Origin: the human T2T-CHM13v2.0 reference genome, Homo sapiens
Reading direction: 5' to 3' (one strand)
Length of the DNA stretch: 64,000 nt
Assembly (NCBI RefSeq): GCF_009914755.1
Contig: NC_060929.1
Below the pieces are notes generated by a model. That model saw nothing but the letters and a program-made list of their open reading frames with translations, did not search any database and was not told the origin of the DNA. Shown in pieces: positions 48,096-63,345 of the stretch; the stretch's first letter is position 1; every line of letters begins with the position of its first letter. Position numbers and translations under genes: made by a program.

Positions 48096-48902
48096 AAACA
48101 ACAACACTAAATAAAAGTGGCCAAGACACAGGCAGAGGGAAGAGGAAAAAGAGCCAGCAAAGGAGCTGCACAGTCATGCAGCCTCAGGAGAGGCCAACTG
48201 AGAACCACACAGGTTCTTCCCCACTACTTCTTCATGGTTTCCTTTGCCCATAGAGCAGCAAAGCTTGTGTGGGGTCAAGTCTGGGCCTGAGAGAGGGGCT
48301 TCCATCCTCCAGTGCCCTTTCTGTTCATTCATCTGTTACTATACAGGGACAAACCGTGATCTATTAGCACTGGGTTACTGTGGGTAGGATGCCAAGCCCT
48401 CCTCATTCCTCTCATTTGAACATGTTTGTCATGGTCTGCTTATTCTAATATCATCCAGAGAAGCAGAAGGGAAGCCACATGAAATGCAGAGTCCATGTTT
48501 TTGCCCTTCTCCCCAGTTGAGCTCTTTTTCTAGACTACCAACAACAGGAAGAAATTTAATTCTAGGTGAACATTTAGAAAACAATTTTAATTCTAGGCAA
48601 AAATATAACCAGGCCCTACCTGAGCCCCACAACCTGCTGACTGCTAGTTATACACAGGCGAATAAGGCACAGTTTGTATCCTGGAAGAACTTATTGTCTC
48701 ATGAAGAAGATAACTAATAGTGAGGTAAATGAGGCAAGAACCAAAACAGTGCTGGAAGGAGAGGATAAATGCTAGAGGAGCCCAGAAGAAGAACAAATAT
48801 ATTGGCCTGACACCTCATGTGGGCCAAACACTGAGTGGCTCCAAAGATTGTCCCAAGGAGAAGAGAAGTTGTCAAACAAGGGGTTGTATGGCCAGCATTG
48901 TC

Positions 48903-49006
48903 TTTAGTTATAAGAATATTTAGAAATAGATATATATATATTTAGTTATAAGAATATTTAGAAATAGATATATATATATATTTAGTTATAAGAATATTTA
49001 GAAATA
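48903..49006. repeat. 38-40 bp minisatellite, about 2.7 copies
   Basis: tttagttataagaatatttagaaatagatatatatata(ta) x2 plus a partial third copy. Confidence 0.9.
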
Positions 49007-49944
49007 ATTTTTAATGTCTAGCAATAGGGGAAAGGATAAATTAATTACGGTATATTTATACTACTCAAATGAATGAGATAAATCCATATGGACTACAAAA
49101 CAAAGAGAGAGGATTCCTACTTCTGTTCATGATGACTCGTTTGTTTCAGACCAATCCTCCAACTGGAAAAATTACACCATCTGGACTGTGTGTATGTGTA
49201 TGAACATTTGTTTATGTGAAGGACTTATATAGCCGGCAAGGCAGCAGGGAGTTAGTGGGCCAAAATCCCAGAGAGAAAGGAAACCCAGAGATGTAAACCT
49301 GACCCTTGATTCGACCTTTCCTTTTGACCCACTTGTTGATACCAAAGATGCTGTGAGCAGCTAAGAAGCTGAGCCAAGCTTACGGAAGACTCACTGGGCA
49401 AGGAGGACAAAATTGGAATTCAGAGCCTGCCAAGGAGGAGAGACCCTTGAAAACACCCTAGGCTGGGATCCTCACGCCCCAAGAAGTAAAAGTGAACCAG
49501 AAGCAGACCAGGCCTCACGAAGACTGAAGACCAGCTTCACATCAGTTCAATTCCTAAATGGATTGAGGTTCTCTGCCTTTACCCCAACTGCTTGCCAGAA
49601 GTAAAACCATCCCCTTTGGAGGAAGATAACATATTTCCATACATGTCTCTAGTCTTCAAACAAAAATAATAAAGCATGTAACAGACAATTCACGGAAAAA
49701 TCTAGAGGGGAAACAGATCATAGAAATAGGTCCATAGAAGATGCCTATAAATATTATAGCTTTCAGACAGAGACTCAAAAATAACTGTGATTATGTCCAA
49801 GAATCAAGTACAAAACAGAGAACTTTAGCAGAGAACTGGAAACTACAAAAACAGAATGAGTTGGAAATTCTAAAATTGAAAAATATCTAAAGTTAAAAAC
49901 TCAATAGTTTAACAGTCAATTAGACACTGTTGAAGAGAGAGTTA

Positions 49945-50403
<459 letters not shown>

Positions 50404-51278
50404 TCATGATATTTTATAAACATACTGAAATTAAGACAGGATAGTATTGCAGAAGAATAGGTAAATATACCAATGGAGGCTAGGCATGGTGGCTCACACC
50501 TGTAATCCTAGCACTTTGAGAGGCCAAGGTGGGCAGATTACTTGAGATCAGGAGTTCGAGGCCAACCTGGCCAATATGGTGAAACCCCATCTGTACTAAA
50601 AATACACAAATTAGCTGGGCATGGTGGCACGTGTCTGTAATCTCATCTACTCGGGAGACCAAGGCAGGAGAATTGCTTGAACCTGGGAGTTGGAGGTTGC
50701 AGTGAGCCAAAATCGCACCACTGCACTCCACGCTGGGCAAAAGAGTGAGATATCTGTCTTGAAAAAAAAATTAATTAAAAAAAACATATATATATACCAA
50801 TGGAACAAAATAGAGAATCCAGAAACAGACCCATACATATATGGACACTTGGTTGATAATAAAGGTATGATAGGGAAGGATGATCTTTTCACTAGAAGAG
50901 TAGGGAAAGAATGGTCTTTTCAATAAACAGTGCTGGGCCAATTGGATGCTTGTACAGAAAAATGAATACTCACATTACTTCACACTAAACATAAAAAAGT
51001 TCCAGGTAGATTGTAGAGCTATATGTGAAAGTTAAAACAATAAAGCTTTTAGAATTTGACATATGTAAATATCTCTACAATCTTAGATCCAGGAAAGATT
51101 TCCTCATTACAGCACAAGAATCAATGACTATAAAGGAAAAGATTGATAAATTGAACTACATTATCATTCAGAACTTATATTCATAAAAACACACCATTAA
51201 GAGAATGAAAGCATGGGCCAGGTGCAGTGGCTCACGCCTATAATCCCAGCACTTTGGGAGACTGAGGTGGGTGGATCA

Positions 51279-53264
<1,986 letters not shown>

Positions 53265-53877
53265 TATTTGCAATGCATGTATTTGAAAGTGGACTTGTGC
53301 CCAGAATTTGCAAAGAACTCCTACAAATCAGTGAGATAAAAAAGACAATGTGATTTTTTTAAATGGAGGAGAAACTTGAACAGTCACTTCAAAAAATAAT
53401 ACATCCAAATGGCCAATAAACGTATTTTAAAATATTCAACCTCATCAGTCATTAGGGGAATTTATGTTGATAACAAAAGAGATAAAGCCACATGCTCACC
53501 AGAATGGCTAAAGTTACTAAGAATAATAATACCAAGTATTGATGAAGAAACCCTTGATACATTGCTGGTGAGGGTATAAAATGGTACAATCATTTTGAAA
53601 ATCAGATGGGCAATATCTACTAAAGCTAATACTCTGAAATTCTACTTCTAGGTAAATACCTAACAGAAAGGGCACAACTGTGTACTAGTAATATACTAGA
53701 AGTTTCATAATAACAGTATTAATAATAGATCAGATCTGAAAACTCAAATGTCCACCAACAGTGGAAATGAATAAATACACTGTAGATTGTACATATGATG
53801 GAAAATTCCACAGGAATAAAAATGAATGAACTCATGCTAAATGAAGTAATAAGAATGAATCAAAAGAAGTCAAACAC

Positions 53878-54264
<387 letters not shown>

Positions 54265-55532
54265 TTAAACGTCAGATGGTGGTAACCTTTCAGGAGGAGG
54301 CTGTGGGAGGTACTGAAAAAGGTATGAAGGAGGCTGCTGAGGTGCTGTTTGTCATGTTCTGTTCCTTAATTTTGGTGGTGGTTTCATGGGAATGTTCACT
54401 CATTGAACTGTTATATCAGCAGCTATAATTAATGTCCCTTTTCTGTGTCTACGTTGTCCTTCTTTTTTTATTTTTATTTTATTTTTTGTAGAGACAGGTC
54501 TCACCATGCTGCCCAAGCTGGACTCGAACTCCTGGCCACAGGCCATCCTCCCACCTCAACCTCCTAAAGTCCTGGGATTACAGGTGTGAGCCACTGTGCC
54601 AGGCCTATGTTTCAATATAAAGGCTCATTAAAAAGAATTCCTATGTGCTGACATGGAAAGATGTTTGTAAAACATTAAGTAAAAAATGGCAGACTATCAG
54701 AAAATGCAGTCCAGTAATTTTTTAATCAGCTCTTCAGAATATTCTGATGAACTGCCAAGTTTGGGAGCCTCTGGACTATATCCAAGGGCTTTTCCAACCC
54801 CAGATTCTGTGATCCATGTATTCACTCAATCCAATATATTTGGAGAGTCTGCATTGGTCTGGGCACCACCCTCAGCATGACAAGGCGTACAAAATGAAAC
54901 TGGCTGGAATCCTTGGGTTTTCAGGATAGGAGATATTAAACTTAGATAACTCTGAAACTCTGTTTCAAGGCAGAAAATGATTAGCCTCATAAGGCAGAAG
55001 CAAATAAACAAAGAGAAATGAGGAAGTTGTTTGGGAAAACATATCTAAAAAACATCGCTGGGAGCGACATCGAACTCTGCCTCCTTAGCTGCTGTATCTG
55101 CCACAAATCTGGCCCCTGAACATGTGAGGGACCCGATGTCGGCATCTGCCTCCACTTAATTGCCTGGGTGAGCTCTGGAATAGATAAATTGCAGCAAAGC
55201 TTTACACACAACTTTCAGTACATTTTTTGAGAATCCCTGAAGTTGGCAACTTTCTCCTGGACTCTCAACCCACATAGAAATTTCTTTATCACTGGCCTTC
55301 ATCACCTCATCAGTTTCTTTTCATGTACACTTTTTTTCTTTCCAAATGACTAAGGAAAGTACAGATTGTTTTCACTCACCTGTGCCCTAGATTGACTTTT
55401 CCCCTTTAAAGGCTGATACTCCTCAGTAGAGACCTATGTAAGACTTTCTACAACCATCCCAATTCACCCAGCCTCTTCCCCCGTGCAATTGAATGTGTGC
55501 CAAGACTCTAGCCGTCAGTCAGTGTCTGTTTA

Positions 55533-55763
<231 letters not shown>

Positions 55764-55896
55764 TCACTTAGCTGGAGAATAACAACAATTCTGTAAAGTT
55801 GTCTGGAGTTTATTTCATTTACCCTTCACAATAATCCAGAGAAATAGACAGGTTAACTATCCCCTATTTTTACTTTTAGATTTTTTTAAAGTTTTT

Positions 55897-57522
55897 AATT
55901 TTTTTTTTTGCTTTGGTTGACAGTTTATTAAATACACTACATTTGTACCTTATTCTGTAGTTTTTAAAAATTGTTCACACATGAACTGAGTAAAAACGTA
56001 CTTTATAGAAAACCAAGTACAAAACTAAAATGAAAGAATGCACTTATTGCACACATATTAAACTGCTGAAATGTTAGAAATTAATCTGTACAAGTACCTA
56101 ATGAAGAAGGTTATGAAATATTAGGTGGTTCGAGTTTCTCAAATCTGGCAACAGACCATGACTTTGAAAGTGTTAATGTTGAAGTGTTGATGGAAAAATG
56201 TCTATTAACAAAACTGCTTACAGTGTTTGAGAAACACGACAAAATAATTGTTTTTCTTTCACAGACATTTTTCTAAATCAATTCTCTACAGACTCTCTCC
56301 CATTCAGAATCAGTTGTGTGGACCGATGAGGCAAAAGATGAATTCCTTTTAAAAAACAAAACTGGAGCCTATTTACAAAACATGCAAAAGGAGAATTTTA
56401 AGCAGGTGTTACCTCCAGAGTTTCTGGAAGAAATATATTTTCAGGTTGTGGACTATAAAATGGCGTACAATGAAGAGACAGAAACAAAGAAGTTTGCAAA
56501 TCTTTTATATTTCCAGCTGTTGAGATAATATTTTTGAGAGCTGATGTTACCTCTAGCGGCAAAACCAGAGCCAGCTATTAAGCAGCCAGAAAGCTACAGT
56601 AATTGAATACACGACCATTTCTCTTTTAGCACGTTCTTTGTTCTCCTCGTCCGGAAGTTGTAGACGTCTATTTAGTTTGATTATCTGTCGTCTTAGTGAA
56701 GCTGCATCTACAACAGTCAGGTCATCTGATGTTCCTTCAATTGTTGTATCTGTATTTGAAATGCCATAAAGAGAATCATTTCTGACCAGCTGTCCATTTT
56801 GGCGAACAGCAGTTTCACTCGTAGACCGCTCTCTTTTTAGTCGGCCAACTGCACGGATTTCTTCATTTTGAGGGGTTGTAGGAGGTCTTTCTAAATCCAG
56901 AAAATCTAGTGGTCTTTCACTTAGCCTAAGTACACGAGGTGCTGTTTTTAGTGCGAGGAGTTTAAAGGGAGTTGACTGAATAAGGTCAAGATCTGCTGGT
57001 CTTGAAAATGAAACATCCTCATTATTTCCTGCTACAACAATCCTCTCTGGAACTTGCATTATTATCACGCTAGCATTTGGAACTCCTTTTTGGAATCCCT
57101 GTTCCAGGTTGGCGTTTGGCGGTGCTACTTTTAACTTTTCTGGGACCCTCATTCGCTGACTAATGCCTTCAGTATATTCCATTTCGTACGAATTCGACTA
57201 ATTTCTGCCATCTCAGCAGCAGTGGGAGAAGGAAATGCTGCCCCACTCACCAAATGTGTACCAACTACTGCTTGCTGTTTGGCACTGTCGGCTTCTGTGC
57301 TTCATATTAAATCCTTTAACTTGCTTCAATGTGCATGTGCTGGATTGAGAGACACTTTTGTCCCCCTCCGCCCACAGGAGGGTCCCGGTGAGGACCGCCG
57401 CCCTCCGGCTCCCAGGGCGCTCAAGTGGGCGCTCTCAGAGGCAGTTGGCCGAGAGCACGGAGGCGCCCAGGCACAGCACCGGCGGAGTGGCCAGCAGAGG
57501 GCCAGGGCAGAAGCGCAAAAGC
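55897..57522 (-). pseudogene. MFFP2: Processed pseudogene of mitochondrial fission factor MFF (short splice isoform), in PDE6A intron 3
   Basis: Intronless ORF 56553..57182 near-identical to recalled MFF (RMRVPEKLKVAP, MQVPERIVVAG, C-terminal TM FWLLNSWLWF); GC-rich 5' UTR, 3' UTR, AATAAA at 55924-55929 (minus) and poly(A) remnant near 55899-55909; 1-nt deletion between the ATG at 57211 and the ATG at 57182. Symbol recalled from memory. Confidence 0.93.
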
Positions 57523-58428
57523 TAAAGTGTTTGTTTTTATGTATTTATTTTTTAGGGACAGAGTCTTACTCTGTCATCCAGGCTGGAGTACAGTAGCACG
57601 ATCATAGCTCACTGTAGTCTCCAACTCCCGGGCTCAGGCAATTCTCCCATCTCAGCCTCCCCAGCAGCTGGGACTACAGGTGGACGCCACTGCACACAGA
57701 TAATCTTTAAATTTTTTGTAGAGATGAGTTTCCACTTCTGGCCTCAAGCAATCCTCCTACCTCAGCCTCCCAAAGTGCTGGGATTATGGGCATGAGCCAC
57801 CTTACCCAGCCCATTATCATCCATTTATTTTAAAAATTTTATTTTAAAAATAGAGATGGGGTCTTACTATGTTTCCCAGGCTGGTCTCGAACTTCTGGGC
57901 TCAAGCAATCTTCCTGCCTTGGCCTCCCAAAGTGCTGGAACTACAGGCGTGAGCCACCATGCCCAGTCCAATTATCTTCCATTTGTAGACAAACAAACTG
58001 GGGCTCAGAGAGATGAAGTAACTGGCTGCTTTACATTGGGTCCAGCTCTTTCCCTTTCATTTATCTCATAGGTTTTTAATAAAAATAATAAGAAACTTCA
58101 ATTGAGCACTATTGCCCTATATGCATTATCTCGTTTACTATTGATGGCAACCTTTTGAGGGTGGCACCATAATCATCCCTATTTTTCAAATGGGGAGACT
58201 GAAGCATAGAGAGATTAAGTGACTCACTTAGGGTCTTAGAGCTAGGCAGTGGTTGAGCAGGGATTCAGATCAAAGCCATCTGTCTTGAAGCTTGTGCATA
58301 TAACCACTGTGGTATACAGCTTTACAGACAACCACTACCTCATAACACTCGTGATGCTGGCCAGAGACTGGCTTCCTAGGCACCTTCATTCCCATCTGCC
58401 TGCCAGTCCTGACCACATCAATGCTTCA

Positions 58429-58563
<135 letters not shown>

Positions 58564-59097
58564 CTAAAAATCAAACAGCATGAGGGGAGGCAGGTGAGAA
58601 GAAGAAATCCATCCTCTGGCTACTTTTACCATCAGCAAATATCTGAATATTTTCAAAGCTTCATCAGAGACAATTTGGGCAGATGGATCCTAGAATGCAG
58701 ACTCATAAGATGTTGCATGAGCATAAAACTCACCGAATGTAGAATGTTGATGTTGATGGGAGTGTATTCATGAAAAATAGCTACTATTTATTAATAAGTT
58801 CCCTATGAGGTTGATACTGAAAAATTATCAACATTTTACAAATAAGAAAACCAAAGTTCAAAGAAGTTAAATAACTTGCAAAAGGCAAACAGCTATTGGC
58901 GGAGCCAGAACAATTATCCCTCTATTCCTGACTCCAAAGCCCAATGTCTTAACTATTATTTTATCCTGCCTCCCTCAGAGAACATCAGGTGAATTCCCTG
59001 TCTTACAGATGGGAAAACTGAGGCCAGGTCAAACAGCAAAGTTCAGGGGACTTCATAGGCTGGGAGAATGTGCTAGCATGGCTATCCTTAGTCTCTA

Positions 59098-59262
<165 letters not shown>

Positions 59263-60702
59263 CTAAAGGAAGGCAGAGATAAGCACGGACAGGCAAATGA
59301 AGAGCAAGAACAGTGGAACGGCCCAAAGCCCCTGTTGACAAGGGAATAAAGGTGCTTCCATCTATTCCTCTTCAACAGGGGCAGGGAAATCAGAGATGAC
59401 ATCTGTCATGGAAGCTTCCAAAATCCAGTAGAAGAAGAAAGTCTGAGATGAAATCCACTGAGGGCTGTGGAGGAGAGGTGTGCAAAGCAGTGTGGGTTCC
59501 AGGGATGGGAGTGGGGGACTGACTTTGCCTGGAGAAGGAGGGTTAGAGAAGGCTTTCTTGAGGTGATGACAATTAAGCCCAGAATAAAAACCCAGGGTAC
59601 AGCTAAGAGGAAGCCGGGTAAAGACTTTAGGAAGTACAACGACAGTTGCTAGCAGGCAGCGTGCATGGCATTTTACCTGCGTTATCTTACTTTTATCTTC
59701 GCAATAAGCTATGAGATAAGTACCATCAGTAGCCCATCTTACAGAAGGGGGATCTGTAACTCAAGAAGGTTAATGTCATGTGTGTAGATTGTGTAGACTG
59801 TGTGTGTGAGTGTGTGTGTGTGTGTATGTGTAACTCCAGAGCCTGCCTTCAGCTCTGCTGCCTCTTAGAGAAGCCTGGATAAGGTTAGACTTGGGTCTAG
59901 GTCATTGAACAAAAGAATTTGTTATTTTCAGCTTTTTAAACAATCCAGTTCTAGCACCACACAACCAGTTCAGTAGATATCCCCATTCTACGAATCTTAG
60001 TAGAAACCCCACTATGTGTCAGGCCTTATGTTAAGCACGGGGGATATGGGTGACCAAGGTTCAGGCCAGCTCAAAGAAAAATCAATAATAGTAATGTAGG
60101 TCACAAGGGATTGGCTTGAAGCTCTGAGTGTATAGAGGAGCACACACCTCCATAAACCTCCCCTAATGCAGCCCAGAGAAGCCATTATAGGCTGTGGTGG
60201 ACCATGCGGTCAGGATGAAAAGACAGAGCTTGAATTGTTCTCTTAAATTTACAAGAATCCTCCTTTCTGTTTATTGGTAGCACTGTGAGGTTTTTGGACT
60301 GTCAGCATTGCTTGGGAGGCGGGCCAGCCCAAACATGCTCAGCTCACGCCGTTCTGAGTGGAAATGTACTTCATAGAGCCAATTCACAGAACTTTTCTAA
60401 AACTAAGTCTGGGCCAGGCGTGGTGGTTTACGTCTATAATCCCAGCACTTTGGAAGGCCAAGGTGGGAGTATTGCTTGCGTTCAGTAGTCCAAGACCAGC
60501 CTGGGCAACATAGCAATATCTTGTATCTACTAAAACTCAAAAAAAATTAGCCAGGTGTGGTGACATGTGCCTGTAGTTCCAGCTACTCAGGAAGCTGAGG
60601 CAGGAGGATTGCTTGAGCCCAGGAGTTGGAGGCTGCAGTGAGCTATGATTGTACCATTGCACTTTACCCTGGGTGACAGAGCAAGACCCTGTCTCTAAAA
60701 AA

Positions 60703-60758
60703 GGAAGGAAGGAAGGAAGGAAGGAAGGAAGGAAGGAAGGAAGGAAGGAAGGAAGGAA
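60703..60758. repeat. (GGAA)14 microsatellite in an Alu tail
   Basis: 14 uninterrupted GGAA units. Confidence 0.95.
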
Positions 60759-61320
60759 TTCAGAGCATAATGCTCTGCATCTATAGATTTCTTCTAGTTG
60801 GAATGGGATTAAATAAATAGTCAACAGCATTATTATCAGTGAAGCTGTTTAAAACCAGGTGAAGGGTAAAGGAATTAAGAGAAGCTTGTAGTGCTGTACT
60901 TGAATTAACATTTGAGGATTAAGCAAAATCTCTAAAAAGGCATTAGTCAAGAAGTGGTATCTGTGTCATTTTCTAAGCTACTGATGAGTTCCTGAGCACG
61001 TGTCTAGGTGGAGTATGCTCAGATTCATTTCATGAAGTCATTTCAGTTTCCCAATGTTCACTTCTTTCAGGAAAAGCAAATATTTGGGCCTCACCTGCAT
61101 CCAAGGCAGATGCTACCAAATCCACCAGAAAGCTCATTCCCACTGGGTACTCAGTCCTGGAACTCCCCTCATGAGTACTTCAACTGCCAATTGACTGGCA
61201 TTTACATGATCATTATCATCCCTATATATTCAGCATATAAAGTGTTCTAAACAACCATGTCACAGAATCTCAGATTATCAAAGGCAGAAGGAGACTTAGA
61301 AGCCATTTAGCTCAAACTAG

Positions 61321-61364
61321 TAAAAGTAATGGCAAGAACCACGATTACTTTTGCACCAACTTAT
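61321..61364. mobile_element. MADE1 (Hsmar1 MITE) half element
   Basis: taaaagtaatggcaagaaccacgattacttttgcaccaact matches one MADE1 arm. Confidence 0.75.
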
Positions 61365-63184
61365 ATTTATTTTAAATCCTAGAATCAGAGGCTGAGCTAG
61401 GGAAAGACCAAAGTGATTCATCCATTCAGTTAGCATTATCAGAGTGTCTTCCATATGCTAGGCACTCTTCCAGACCCTGAAACTACAGCAATGAACATTA
61501 CTGTTGTAATATAAGGTGAACCTTACATTCAAACGGCGAGACAGACAAAAAAGCAAGTAAACAACTAGGCATTCTTCCTCCAACTTGAGGAAACTGCTTT
61601 GAAGGAAATGGACTGGATGGTGCTGTAGAGAGTGATGAAAGGGATGGCAGGCTGGTGGGTAGGGAGCCTTCTCTGAAGATGTAATGCTGAGCTAAGAGCT
61701 GAAGGATCAAGGGAGCCAGGTATATGAAGCACATTCTAAGCACGGAGCATGCAAAGGCCAGCAGGTAGGAATGAGGCTGGTCCTCGTGAGGAACAGAAAG
61801 AAAATCAGTGTAGCTAAAGCATAGAGAGGGAGAGGGAAAGCAGAGGGCAAGGAAGTTAAAGAGGCAGGCAGGGGCCAGATCCAGCAGGGCTTTGGAGGCC
61901 ATGGGAAAGAGTTTTGATTTCATTTTTATGTATTCACTTATTTATTTTTGAGACAGAGTCTTGCTCTGCCATCCAGGCTGGAGTGCAGTGTAGCCATCAT
62001 GGCTCACTGCAGCCTCGACCTCCTGAGCTCAAGCCATCCTCCCACCTCAGCCTCCAGAGAATCTGAAACAACAGGGGCATACCACCATGCCCGACTAATT
62101 TTTGTATTTTTTGTAACACTAGGATTTTGCTGTGTTGCCCAGGGTAGTCCTGAACACCTGGGCTCAAGTGATCCTCCCACCTCGGCCTCCCAAAGTGCTG
62201 GGGTTACAGGTGTCAGCCTGCACCTGGCTGAGTTTGGATTTTAAAGTGCAATGCAACACTACTTCTCATTCCCAGATTCCTCATTTCCCCTTTGCAAACA
62301 TTCACAGTGCCAAGCTCTGTTGCATCTCATGATGAGATCTACTATTTACTGAGTAATAATGACTAGGCTCAGAGCCAGACAACTGACATATATTATCTCA
62401 TTAACTCTCACATCAGCCCTGCCAAATAGAACTGCCACCTTTCCCATTTTATAGACAACTCCCTTGCTGGTAAGTGGCACAGTTGCTCCACTTATTCATT
62501 CATTGACTTATTCATTGATTCACTGATTGACAGATTGATTCATTCATATTCATTGAGCACTCACTATGCCAGGCATTGTATATGCAAAGACCTGTAAGAT
62601 GAGGTTGTTCTCAGTGGGTTCTCATGGTATAGTGGAATGTCATGCAAAACATGAGCCCACGACTCAAAGCATGTGAAGCAGACCACGCTGGGGACCCAGA
62701 TAAGGAGAAACTTGTCCTATGAGTGGCTTCAAGGGCCACTCAGTACATTGTCAGTAGTTGAAAACACTCTGAACCTCAATTTCCCCTTTGCTGAAGTCAG
62801 AGTATTGAATAAGGTCCTCTGTGAAGGTTTTTTTTTTCTTTGTTTTCCTGTTCTAGCCTGCTAGGTCTCAGGTCTCATGGGAAATGAAGGAAAGCAGGGG
62901 CAGATAACAAATGTGAGAGGGTCTACAAATGACGGTCATCTCAGGTACAGCCTTCAGAAATGGAATTTATTAGCCAGAGGAAGTGCTGGTGAAGGGCTGA
63001 CATTTAGTCATTCACTCACTCAATAAACTATGGTAAGTATGCACTCTGTCCAAGACACTGGGCTAGGTGCCAGGGGCCAGTGGTGAATAAGATCGACAGG
63101 GACAGACAGACAGACCTCATGGGTTTTCCTGCCAGGAGAAAGGGCAAAGGAATGATATACAAGTAAATATTGAATGGCAAGTGG

Positions 63185-63345
63185 GCCTTCCCAATGAAAT
63201 TTGAATTTCAGATAAACTATAAATAATTTTTTAGTGTAACTGTGTCCAAAATATTGCACAGGATCTTCTTTAACTAAAATATCATTCTTTGTTTATCTAA
63301 AATTCAAACTTTACTGGGCATCTTATATTTTTTCTGGCAGTCCTG
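63185..63345. mobile_element. MER53 palindromic hAT MITE
   Basis: aaatttgaatttcagataaac ... gtttatctaaaattcaaacttt inverted arms, matching the recalled MER53 layout. Confidence 0.75.

Noticed and set aside
48903-49006. CRISPR-like direct repeats
   Set aside because: Units are contiguous tandem copies without unique spacers, in a eukaryotic intron with no cas genes
61321-61364. miR-548-type MADE1 hairpin
   Set aside because: Only one arm is present, so no stem-loop can form
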